Positions 51,596-60,365 of a DNA stretch of 64,000 nt are shown here, one piece after another. Below the pieces are notes generated by a model. It was not told the origin of the DNA. It saw nothing but the letters and a program-made list of their open reading frames with translations, and ran no database searches. Source of the stretch: Flavobacteriales bacterium (GTDB lineage: Bacteria > Bacteroidota > Bacteroidia > CAIKAF01). Made by a program: the position numbers and the translations under genes. The stretch is from the NCBI GenBank assembly GCA_018401695.1, contig JAGYKD010000002.1, forward strand, positions 238,636 through 302,635, written 5' to 3'. Within the stretch, counting starts at the first letter, position 1. Each line of letters begins with the position of its first letter.

Positions 51596-51663
51596 AAATC
51601 TCTACATGGCTTTGTTTAGTTAATTGATTATCAACTGTTTTTTAAAACGAAAATCTCTACATC
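51596..51663 (+). repeat. 68 bp paired-motif element (AAAATCTCTACAT x2, 55 bp apart), copy B
   Basis: Homologous to 10442-10509, including the spacer. Confidence 0.6.
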
Positions 51664-51699
51664 CATAGTTTAAGGCAAAGAGTGCCTGCCAATCGTTCC

Positions 51700-51985
51700 C
51701 TGGCGCAGTTTAAACCGTGGGCTATGGTTTAACCATTGATAATTTCGCCGTTAAATAAACACCTGGGGATTCTATTCTTTCGAGAATTTTAAACCGTTAA
51801 AACGGTTGGCCGGACACGGCATTTCATATAGCCCACGGTTTAAACCGTGGGCTATGGTTTAACCATTGATAATTTCGCCGTTAAATAAACACCTAGGGAT
51901 TCTATTCTTTCGAGAATTTTAAACCGTTAAAACGGTTGGTCCGGACTCGGCATTTCATATAGCCCACGGTTTAAACCGTGGGCTT
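51700..51985 (+). repeat. tandem repeat, ~130 bp unit x2.2, each unit starting with perfect palindrome GCCCACGGTTTAAACCGTGGGC
   Basis: Units at about 51709-51838 and 51839-51969 differ by roughly three substitutions and one indel. A third partial unit follows. Confidence 0.85.
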
Positions 51986-52123
51986 CCTGTGGTCGCTCTT
52001 GGCCGGGCGGCTGCTGAGCACTCTATTTCGTCAGGCTAATTGGCCTGCGCCGGGGCGCGTTACGCTCCGTGTGGATTTTTTTTGAATGATGGCCCACGGT
52101 TGAAACCGTGGGCTATGATTTCA
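51985..52123 (+). repeat. ~140 bp direct repeat, copy 2
   Basis: Matches 51395-51535. Confidence 0.8.
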
Positions 52124-52150
52124 ACCGTGGGTTAAACATCGGTCAACAAG

Positions 52151-52303
52151 AATGCAACGCTTCATTTGCTGAGGCATTGCTATTCGACGCAATTGCTTGA
52201 GGCGGATGTCGATTTGCGGGTCATACAGGAGTTGCTTGGGCATAAGAGAAGATAGACAACAGAGATTTGCACACATGTTAGCAACCGGCTGCTTCAACTG
52301 GTT
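52151..52303 (+). pseudogene. tyrosine recombinase (integrase) C-terminal remnant
   Basis: Translates to …[50 protein letters not shown]. The canonical R-HxxR…LLGH…Y block has a premature stop and Cys in place of the catalytic Tyr. No upstream ORF. Confidence 0.7.
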
Positions 52304-52465
52304 GGTTCACCTTTCAATGACTTGTGAAAACTACTTATATTAGCAAAGGGTAATCGAATGAGGTAAACCATCACTTAGCCTACCATTGAGGGTGGATAAA
52401 TGAGGTTCAACCTCATTTATAAAGGAGTTGGGGCACATGCTAAAATGAACTAAGAACAAAACGAC

Positions 52466-52828
52466 ATGCTTGAATTTATATTAGGATTAACATCGGACAT
52501 TATTTCAAATTCGACTTCACTATCAAAAAAAGACAAGGACACTGTCCATAATGAAGTAACGTATGCATTGAACCAGACACGGACACACATCAGAAACACC
52601 AGACAGGGGAATACAGATCAACCATCTTCTCATTTATCCAATGTTTGGCAAAGAACAGGCAGGCGACTTAGACAAATTGGGCATACCGAAGTCCAAGGTC
52701 TTGCGGACACCATTGAGCAAAAAAGCAAATACTGGTCAGACCCTACTGACTATGATTTACAGAACTTAGACCAGTATGAAATGCGACTAACCCAAGTTGA
52801 AAGTAAATTGAATGAACTCTGCTCATGA
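52466..52828 (+). CDS. hypothetical protein (120 aa)
   Basis: ORF with ATGA coupling to the next gene. No recognisable motifs. Confidence 0.4.
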   Translation: MLEFILGLTSDIISNSTSLSKKDKDTVHNEVTYALNQTRTHIRNTRQGNTDQPSSHLSNVWQRTGRRLRQIGHTEVQGLADTIEQKSKYWSDPTDYDLQNLDQYEMRLTQVESKLNELCS

Positions 52829-53649
52829 AAAGGATTATTGCTACAATATCGTTTATGTACCTTGTTTCCATACCGACAATTGCCCAAAGCGACACAGTTA
52901 CTGTTCAGAAACTGGATAAAATTGAAAAGACGTTAAATGAAATTGCTCAACAACTTACCAATCAAAAAAGTGACTCATTAATTGTCTCCGTAGAGCACTT
53001 TGAGAAGTTGACAAATAGACTTCAAAAAAATGATAGCATCTGGCCTGACATTCTTCCTTCGTTGATTGCAATTTTCGTTGTATTGATATCCACTGGCGGA
53101 GCAATCTTCATTGGAGTTAGACAGATTAGAACTCAAACGACAAATGCGGAAGAGCAAATTAGAAGCCAAGAAGCGCAAGCACAAGATAACCTTCAGGTTG
53201 CTCGAGAACAAATTCAAGAGACATCGAGAATGACCTTGGCACAAGTAAGGGCAAACAATATTTCACAAGCACGAATTAACTGGATACAGGATTTAAGAAA
53301 TGAACTGAGTCAGTTTAATGGAGAAGTCGCAATAATTAACTTTTATCTTCATGATGTGGTGGAGTTGACAAAAGAGGGAAATAAGAAAAAAGCAGAAGAA
53401 TTATACAATCAACAAGTTGAGAGGATAAAAACCGCAAGACAATTAGCATTCAAAATCAAACTTTTTCTGAACAAAGGCGAAACAGACCATAAGAAACTTG
53501 AAGTTTTAATTAACGACTACTACACTTCCGCTCTTGAAACCTTTTCAAAAGTGAAGTCCGACTTTAATAAAGTAAGCAATGACATTCTGGATATTTCAAG
53601 AAAAATACTTAAAGACGCATGGGAACAGGCAAAAAATGAAGGAACATAA
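52825..53649 (+). CDS. hypothetical membrane-anchored coiled-coil protein (274 aa)
   Basis: N-terminal signal-like segment, one internal TM helix (LPSLIAIFVVLISTGGAIFIGV) and long heptad-like Q/E/K-rich stretches. Confidence 0.45.
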   Translation: MKRIIATISFMYLVSIPTIAQSDTVTVQKLDKIEKTLNEIAQQLTNQKSDSLIVSVEHFEKLTNRLQKNDSIWPDILPSLIAIFVVLISTGGAIFIGVRQIRTQTTNAEEQIRSQEAQAQDNLQVAREQIQETSRMTLAQVRANNISQARINWIQDLRNELSQFNGEVAIINFYLHDVVELTKEGNKKKAEELYNQQVERIKTARQLAFKIKLFLNKGETDHKKLEVLINDYYTSALETFSKVKSDFNKVSNDILDISRKILKDAWEQAKNEGT

Positions 53650-53894
53650 AGAACAAAAAGCACGATGCCCCAACAGCGCATATAGCTTATGGCGGGTGAC
53701 GGGATAAATTCAAGGTTTTCGGCACGTAGCAAAGTTTGTCATTGGGGACAGTTAAGTGCTCTAAAAACCGCCACAAGCCATATGCGCAAAACGTTAGCGT
53801 TCATTAGTGTGACGAGTTAACAGCGAAATTATACTTTTGACGGAGCGGTTTCCGAAAGGCCAAACGAGTAGTAATAATTAAAAAACAAAAAAAT

Positions 53895-54383
53895 ATGACA
53901 AAGAACAAGTCAATACCCATTTTGCTCCTCACAGCAGGAGTTCTTTGGGCGGGCCTCACACAAGCTCAGGAATCTGCCAATGCCTCCGGTGGTGATGCTA
54001 CAGGAAGCGGAGGTACTGTTGCTTACAGCGTTGGACAAGTGCTTTACACCTCCAATACAGGAAGCGGAGGAACTGTTGACCAAGGCGTGCAACATGCCTA
54101 CGAAATTTTCACGGTTGGTATAAAGAAAACAGAACTTAACATTTCGCTCACCGTATTTCCGAACCCAACAACAGAAAATTTAACCTTGCAAATAAGCGAT
54201 TACACCAACGAAAAGTTGTCGTATCAGTTATTTGATATGCAGGGAAAACAACTAAGCAAAGGGCAAATAGTAGCACAGCAAACACAAATAAACATTAATG
54301 GTCTGCCCTCCGCTACTTACTTCATTCATGTTGTAAACCAAGAAGACAAAAAAGTTCAATCATTCAAAATCATCAAAAACTAA
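53895..54383 (+). CDS. small secreted protein with T9SS C-terminal sorting domain
   Basis: Signal peptide. C-terminal …LTVFPNPTTENLTLQI…YFIHVVNQEDKKVQSFKIIKN. Confidence 0.6.
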   Translation: MTKNKSIPILLLTAGVLWAGLTQAQESANASGGDATGSGGTVAYSVGQVLYTSNTGSGGTVDQGVQHAYEIFTVGIKKTELNISLTVFPNPTTENLTLQISDYTNEKLSYQLFDMQGKQLSKGQIVAQQTQININGLPSATYFIHVVNQEDKKVQSFKIIKN

Positions 54384-54389
54384 ATAATC

Positions 54390-55274
54390 ATGAAAAGGAT
54401 AATTTCAATATGTGCAGCATTACTAATGACAGCAAGCGTGTTTGCCCAAGCACCCGAGAAAATAAGCTATCAAGCAGTTGTGCGTGACGGAAGTAATACT
54501 TTAGTTACGTCCTCCGCAGTAGGTATGCAAATAAGCATTTTACAAGGTTCATCAAGTGGAACGGCAGTGTACGTAGAAACGCAAACACCTACTTCTAATG
54601 CCAATGGTTTGGTAAGCATTGAAATTGGAGCAGGAACAATTGTAAGCGGGGGCTTTACCGCTATTGACTGGGCAAATGGACCGTATTTTATTAAAACAGA
54701 AACCGATCCGACAGGAGGGACAAATTACACCATTACAGGTATAAGCCAACTTTTAAGTGTGCCTTATGCCTTACATGCGAAAACGGCAGAAACAGTGTCA
54801 GGAGGAAAGGATTTTTATTTAGGACAAGATACGCTTGGTGGTATTGTATTTTATATTTATTTGGATGCGAATGGAGTACAACGTGGACTTATTTTAAATA
54901 AAAACGAAAGTACGGCACAATGGCAAGGCACCGGCACAACAACCAATGCTACACGCAGTTGGGATGGTGCTTACAATACAGGGTTAATGGCAAATAGCCC
55001 TGCTGCTAATTATGTGAATAGTTTAACAGATGGTGGATTTACAGACTGGTATTTACCTTCAGTTGACGAGTTAAGTATTTTATGGAACAACCGCTTTCAC
55101 GCTAATAATGCCCTAAATGCTGGAGGCTATACATTATTGTCAAGCGGCGCTTCCTATTGGAGTAGTACAGAGGGTAGTGCGGCGATCGCATTCCGCTTCG
55201 CCTTCAACGACGGTTACGCACTTAACACCAATAAGATTAATATTCATAGCGTGCGTGCCGTTCGGGCATTTTAA
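54390..55274 (+). CDS. secreted DUF1566 (Lcl C-terminal-like) domain protein
   Basis: Signal peptide and a …TDWYLPSVDELSILWNN… motif typical of DUF1566. Confidence 0.5.
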   Translation: MKRIISICAALLMTASVFAQAPEKISYQAVVRDGSNTLVTSSAVGMQISILQGSSSGTAVYVETQTPTSNANGLVSIEIGAGTIVSGGFTAIDWANGPYFIKTETDPTGGTNYTITGISQLLSVPYALHAKTAETVSGGKDFYLGQDTLGGIVFYIYLDANGVQRGLILNKNESTAQWQGTGTTTNATRSWDGAYNTGLMANSPAANYVNSLTDGGFTDWYLPSVDELSILWNNRFHANNALNAGGYTLLSSGASYWSSTEGSAAIAFRFAFNDGYALNTNKINIHSVRAVRAF

Positions 55275-55626
55275 CCATTTATCAATTTAATACCCTGAAG
55301 CGGTAGATTTTTGAAAATTAATGGCTCTGTATTACGAATTACCAGTTTTTAAGCTCGTATTGATTTTTGGTTATACCAAAGATTTTCCGCCAGAGTATAA
55401 ACATACGCTTGGGCAAGACAATAAATGAGACAACATACAACTAGTAAGGATTATATATATAGCCAATACATCGAACGCAAATAACAAACGCACCGCAAAC
55501 ATTTAGCCGATTAGCAGAAAAGCCCTGCCAAAATGCCTGAATGACCTTTTGTCTTTGTAAGCATCCGACCAACCCCATATTCCCCACCTCAAAATCCCCC
55601 CACAGCTTTGGGCAAAACAAAAAATT

Positions 55627-55842
55627 ATGTCCAAAAGCAATCAAAAACGTGAAGCCATGTTAGCTCTGATAGCGGAGTGGCGCCAAAACGGAGAAACCTA
55701 GGTACATTTTACTACCAAAAATGAAATCTCTTTCGCTAAATTTCAAAACTGGGTGCGCAAAAGCAAGGCTACCGCTGCACCGGAGGGTTCTTTGGAATTT
55801 CCGCTGCCAAGTGGATGTTCCGAAGATACTGCCCCCTGTTAA
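55627..55842 (+). pseudogene. transposase OrfA-like HTH protein remnant with in-frame amber stop
   Basis: MSKSNQKREAMLALIAEWRQNGET*VHFTTKNEISFAKFQNWVRKSK… The TAG at 55699-55701 interrupts a frame resembling IS3/IS66 accessory HTH proteins (F..W.RK). Confidence 0.3.
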
Positions 55843-56184
55843 GGCCATCTTGAACCAGGTGTGTCCTTTTGATTTGGCCTACAGGGCTTTGTTAACTTTT
55901 TAACGGCTTGCTATAAACCAATCAAAAGTGGTATTTTAGACTGGGAAATGGGGTAAGAACGGGGTTATTAGACGAACTGACGTTAGCAGCAACCCCAAAA
56001 AACAGATAATAAAAAATCGCGCAATGGCAATTTTCACACCACGTCGCCTAAAAATCAGATTAAGAAAAGACGAGGCCTTTACCTATATCGCGAGACTTCA
56101 CCCGAAGTTTTCTGCGTTCCAAGTTTAAAAACAGTTGAAGGAGTTGAGTTACTCCCAAGTACATTTTGAGACAGATGGATCGGT

Positions 56185-57111
56185 ATGAACAAAGGTGAAA
56201 TAGAAATATATAAAAGTGAAACCGGCACTGAGGTACAAGTCAAACTGGAAAAAGAAACGCTATGGCTTACCCAGAGACAAATGGCTGAGCTGTTCGAAAA
56301 AGATGCAGACACCATTGGGCTGCACCTCAAAAACATATACAGTGTTAAAGAGCTAGAGGAAAATACAACTACCGAGGATTACTCGGTAGTTCGGCCCGAA
56401 GGGAAAAGAATGGTTCGAAGAACCATCAAACACTATAACCTGGATGCCATTATATCAATAGGGTATCGAGTAAATTCCAAAAGAGGTACTCAATTCCGCA
56501 TCTGGGCTACCCAACGCTTAAAAGATTATCTGGTGCAGGGCTACGCAATCAATGAAAAACGATTGCAGCAAAAAGAGATGGAGGTGCAGCATTTGAAAAC
56601 AGGCATTCACATTTTAGGCAGAGCTATTGAGGAGAAAGCTGGAGAACAAGGGCATGAATGGCTGGTACACTACGCTAAAGGACTTGAGCTTCTAGATGAC
56701 TACGATCATGAAAATCTGGATAAACTCGGCAAGAGCAAGCAAGCAGCGGTTTATCCTGCCAAAGAAGAATACCACAAACTGATCCATCAAATGAAGATCG
56801 ATTTTGATTCAGCCCTGTTTGGGGTTGAAAAAGACCAAAGCTTTGATAGTGCCATAGCCCAAATAGCCCAAGGATTTGGCCATGAAGACATCTATCCTAC
56901 CTTAGAAGAAAAAGCGGCTATGCTGCTCTATCTTATCACCAAAAATCATGCTTTTGCCGATGGCAACAAACGCATTGCCGCAGCCTGTTTTCTTTTATTT
57001 TTAGACCGAAACCACTTACTGACGAATACCCGTAATGACCAAATTATTAGCCATGAAGCCTTGGCTAGCCTAACGCTATTTGTGGCAAGCAGTAGGCCTG
57101 AAGAAATGTAG
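56185..57111 (+). CDS. RhuM-family protein with Fic/Doc motif (HxFxDGNKR)
   Basis: The N-terminus (IEIYKSETGTEVQVKLEKETLWLTQRQMAELF) is the RhuM signature. C-terminal HAFADGNKRIAA is the Doc/Fic catalytic motif. Confidence 0.75.
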   Translation: MNKGEIEIYKSETGTEVQVKLEKETLWLTQRQMAELFEKDADTIGLHLKNIYSVKELEENTTTEDYSVVRPEGKRMVRRTIKHYNLDAIISIGYRVNSKRGTQFRIWATQRLKDYLVQGYAINEKRLQQKEMEVQHLKTGIHILGRAIEEKAGEQGHEWLVHYAKGLELLDDYDHENLDKLGKSKQAAVYPAKEEYHKLIHQMKIDFDSALFGVEKDQSFDSAIAQIAQGFGHEDIYPTLEEKAAMLLYLITKNHAFADGNKRIAAACFLLFLDRNHLLTNTRNDQIISHEALASLTLFVASSRPEEM

Positions 57112-57152
57112 GCTGTAAAAGGATTAATTATTAGTGTATTAAATAGAAATCA

Positions 57153-57257
57153 ATGAGCAACGAATCAAGCATTGTTTCAAAAGTTTGGTGTTTCGCAAGC
57201 GTACTCCGCGACGATGTGCACTCCTCTTTCTTCGTGGCCGGTATGTATTCCTTGTGA
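57153..57257 (+). pseudogene. N-terminal stub of an HsdM-type (type I R-M) methyltransferase
   Basis: MSNESSIVSKVWCFASVLRDDVHSSFFVAGMYSL* matches the conserved HsdM N-terminal helix (…KLW.FCN.LRDDGV…). It is truncated after 34 aa. Confidence 0.4.
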
Positions 57258-57500
57258 GTTGCTCTCCGGCAGAGCACACTTCCACTTCAATACTGACACT
57301 GCCAAGGTCTCAACTATTTTTTATATTTTCAACATGTCTAGTTTAGGGGAAGCCCACAAGAACAATGTTGGTAGAATCACCATATTTATTAACTATGCAC
57401 CAAACCAGTCTTAATGTTTTGTAACCCATGGAAAAACCAAAAGTAAACGAACTCGATAAAGCATATAAAAGATGCCGAAAAATTATTAAATTTTGAGGGT

Positions 57501-57830
57501 ATGAGTGAGATCAAAAATATTGTAGAAAAGCTGATTGCATTTAGAGATGAAAGAGATTGGGCTCAGTTTCATAATCCCAAAGATTTGGCCATTGCTTTAA
57601 ATATTGAGGCAGGAGAACTGCTTGAAGCATTTCTTTGGAAAGGCCCAGAAGATGCGGATATTGAAAAAGTAAAAGAAGAATTAGCCGATGTGTTTGCCTA
57701 CGCTTTTTTGATTGCCGATAAATATAAGTTTGATGTTGTCGAAATTGTTACAACAAAAATTAAAGAAAATGGGGAGAAATATCCTGTGAGTAAAGCTAAG
57801 GGATCTGCGAAGAAATATAATGAATTATGA
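57501..57830 (+). CDS. MazG-like nucleotide pyrophosphohydrolase (small all-alpha NTP-PPase)
   Basis: 109 aa. EAGELLEAFLWK and EELADVFAYAFLIA motifs. ATGA overlap with the downstream gene. Confidence 0.7.
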   Translation: MSEIKNIVEKLIAFRDERDWAQFHNPKDLAIALNIEAGELLEAFLWKGPEDADIEKVKEELADVFAYAFLIADKYKFDVVEIVTTKIKENGEKYPVSKAKGSAKKYNEL

Positions 57831-60031
57831 ATCCCATAGGCGAAATTGTTATTGACTTAAATCGATACCCTTTTTCAAAAAACGCACTTGCCGAAATTTC
57901 AGAAAATAAATGGGTTAAAACTCAATGGCCCTTGGTGTATCTAATAAAAAACGACAAAACCAAAGTGGCGTATGTTGGAGAGACGACCAATGCGTTTAAT
58001 AGAATTAAAAACCATTTTGCTAACGAAGACCGTTTGGTTCTAGATACCATTACATTAATCGGATCCGATCGTTTTAACAAGTCTGCTACCCTTGATATCG
58101 AGTCTCAACTCATTCAATATTTGTCGGCAGAAAACACCTATAAACTTCAAAATGGAAATGGTGGACTAACCCACCACAATTACTACGAAAAGCCTTTCTA
58201 TCGAGATATTTTCAAAGAGATATGGGCACGACTAAAGAGTGAAAAATTAGTTAGCAAGTCGCTAGAGGAAATCGAAAATTCGGATTTGTTTAAATACTCT
58301 CCCTACAAAGCGCTTTCCGATGATCAAAGAGCCTCAGTAATGAAGATTATTCATACGCTAAACAACCAGAACCATCCGAGTATTTTTGTGGAAGGTAGTG
58401 CGGGAACTGGTAAGACCATTCTTGCAACTTACTTGATGAAGCTTTTACATTCACCTCTGCCAGCTGCTGACGAGATAGAAGATTTAGAAGGATACCGTTT
58501 GGAGGAGTATCGATTGCTTGAATTATTTCGCCAAAAGTTTAAAGATGCAACTATTGGTTTGGTTGTGCCTATGACCTCCTTACGCAAAAGTCTTAAAACT
58601 GTATTTGGTGCAATTGGTGGGCTTAAAAGGAGTATGGTTATTGGTCCTTCGGATGCGGTTGAAAAAGAATACGACATCCTAATTGTTGATGAAGCTCATC
58701 GGTTAGCTCAACGTAAAAATATTCCGAATTATGGGTCTTTTGATGCCATAAACCGCTCCTTGGGATTAGGAATTGAAGGCACTCAGCTTGATTGGATAAT
58801 CCGAAGTAGTAAGCACCAGATATTTTTTTACGATGAAGCGCAATCGATTAAGCCCTCCGATATCCCTAAGGAAAGGTTTAACGAATTAAAACGCCAATCA
58901 GCAAAACCCATCAAGCTTACTTCTCAAATGCGGGTTTCGGCGGGTTCCGACTATATCAATTTTGTAGACCGCTTGTTGAAATGTCAACCTCTCGATGATT
59001 TGACCATTCCCGAGAATTATGACTTTAGGTTGTTTACATCTTTCAAAGAATTTCATAATGAGATTATTATTAAAGAAAATGAACTGGGATTGAGTCGCCT
59101 CATTGCCGGGTATTCGTGGCCTTGGATTTCAAAAAGCGATAAAAGCTTGTATGACATTGAAATCGAAGGGACGAAATTGCAATGGAACAAGGTGAACGTA
59201 GATTGGATTAACTCCGCCGATCCGAAAGTGGAAGTAGGTTGTATTCATACTACGCAAGGGTATGACTTAAACTATGCCGGGATTATCTTTGGCAAAGAAA
59301 TAACCTACAATAAAAAACTGAATCGAATAGAAATTATCAGAAAAAACTACCACGATAGAAATGGAAGCGCAGGGATTAATGATGATGAGCGTTTGAAAGA
59401 ATATGTTGTCAATATTTATAAGACCATTATGTATCGGGGGATTAAAGGAACTTTGGTTTATGCTTGCAATCCGGAATTAAGGGACTATTTGGCTGCTTAT
59501 ATTAAACATGAAACATGGGAAAGAGGCGCAACCTCTGTAGAAAAAGAATCATTTTTTAGAGTCTTGGATTTCGAAAAGGTGCTGCCTTACCAAAACGCAA
59601 TTCCCTTGGTTGATATACAAGCCGCTGCAGGAAATTTTAGCGAAAACCAACAGCATTCGGAATTAACATGGGTTGAAATTCCCGATGGATTAAGGGTGAG
59701 TGAAGGCGATTTTATTTGCCAAGTTATTGGCGAATCCATGAATAAACGCATTCCAAATGGATCTTTTTGCCTATTCAAACCATATTCGGGTGGATCACGA
59801 AATGGTAAAATCGTATTAGTTGAGTCAACTAGTATACAAGATTCAGAATTTGGTTCAGGATATACGGTAAAAGAATACCACAGCATAAAAAAAAATTCTG
59901 ATAGCGGTTGGAGTCATGAGTCAATTGTATTAAAACCGCTATCGACTGATGGAGAATACTCAAATATTGTTTTACAAAAAGATGAATTGGTGGATTTTAG
60001 GGTTGTCGGAGTATTCGAGAGAGTAATCTAA
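57827..60031 (+). CDS. GIY-YIG nuclease-like / Schlafen-like (DUF2075) P-loop ATPase with C-terminal LexA-type S24 autopeptidase domain
   Basis: N-terminal VYLIKN…AYVGETTN…R..NH (GIY-YIG). Walker A at GSAGTGKT and a DEAH box at ILIVDEAHRL. C-terminal PLVDIQAAAGNF (Ala-Gly site), GESM (Ser) and TVKEY (Lys) in LexA/UmuD spacing. Confidence 0.7.
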   Translation: MNPIGEIVIDLNRYPFSKNALAEISENKWVKTQWPLVYLIKNDKTKVAYVGETTNAFNRIKNHFANEDRLVLDTITLIGSDRFNKSATLDIESQLIQYLSAENTYKLQNGNGGLTHHNYYEKPFYRDIFKEIWARLKSEKLVSKSLEEIENSDLFKYSPYKALSDDQRASVMKIIHTLNNQNHPSIFVEGSAGTGKTILATYLMKLLHSPLPAADEIEDLEGYRLEEYRLLELFRQKFKDATIGLVVPMTSLRKSLKTVFGAIGGLKRSMVIGPSDAVEKEYDILIVDEAHRLAQRKNIPNYGSFDAINRSLGLGIEGTQLDWIIRSSKHQIFFYDEAQSIKPSDIPKERFNELKRQSAKPIKLTSQMRVSAGSDYINFVDRLLKCQPLDDLTIPENYDFRLFTSFKEFHNEIIIKENELGLSRLIAGYSWPWISKSDKSLYDIEIEGTKLQWNKVNVDWINSADPKVEVGCIHTTQGYDLNYAGIIFGKEITYNKKLNRIEIIRKNYHDRNGSAGINDDERLKEYVVNIYKTIMYRGIKGTLVYACNPELRDYLAAYIKHETWERGATSVEKESFFRVLDFEKVLPYQNAIPLVDIQAAAGNFSENQQHSELTWVEIPDGLRVSEGDFICQVIGESMNKRIPNGSFCLFKPYSGGSRNGKIVLVESTSIQDSEFGSGYTVKEYHSIKKNSDSGWSHESIVLKPLSTDGEYSNIVLQKDELVDFRVVGVFERVI

Positions 60032-60216
60032 TTGCTATTTAATAGCCAAAAACCTTTTGTTCTAACCCAATGGCCTTTAGTGGCCAGCCAAAACGGGACA
60101 ACAAACACCAAGTGCATAAATTTGAGACAAATTCAAGCACTAAAGAACTTTGAATTTGGGCTTTAACCTGAGAGAATGGCTAAGTCCATTCCATTACTCG
60201 GCCAACAAACCCTAGG

Positions 60217-60365
60217 CCACGGTTGAAACCGTGGGCTATGTGAAATGCCGAGGCAGGGCCAACCGTTTTAACGGTTTAAAAATCTTGAAAAAAGGAATCC
60301 CCGCGGTTTTGTTTAATTGCCAAATCATCCATGGTTAAACCATAGCCCCAGGTTTCAACGGCGTT
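60217..60365 (-). repeat. inverted copy of the 130 bp repeat unit plus CCACGGTTGAAACCGTGGG palindrome
   Basis: The reverse complement aligns with 51709-51838 over most of its length. Additional CCACGG/CCGTGG palindromes lie at 60395-60480. Confidence 0.75.

Larger units (their letters stand above)
52136..60214. mobile_element. decayed integrative island (AT-rich), bounded by the CCACGG…CCGTGG repeat family
   Basis: Integrase C-terminal remnant at the left end, a transposase-like and an HsdM remnant inside, and a lower GC than the flanks. An inverted copy of the 130 bp repeat unit lies at 60217-60365. Confidence 0.5.

Noticed and set aside
51596-51663. CRISPR-like reading of the AAAATCTCTACAT repeat pair
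   Set aside because: The repeat is only 13 bp with two copies. The whole motif-spacer-motif unit is duplicated elsewhere, and no cas genes are present.
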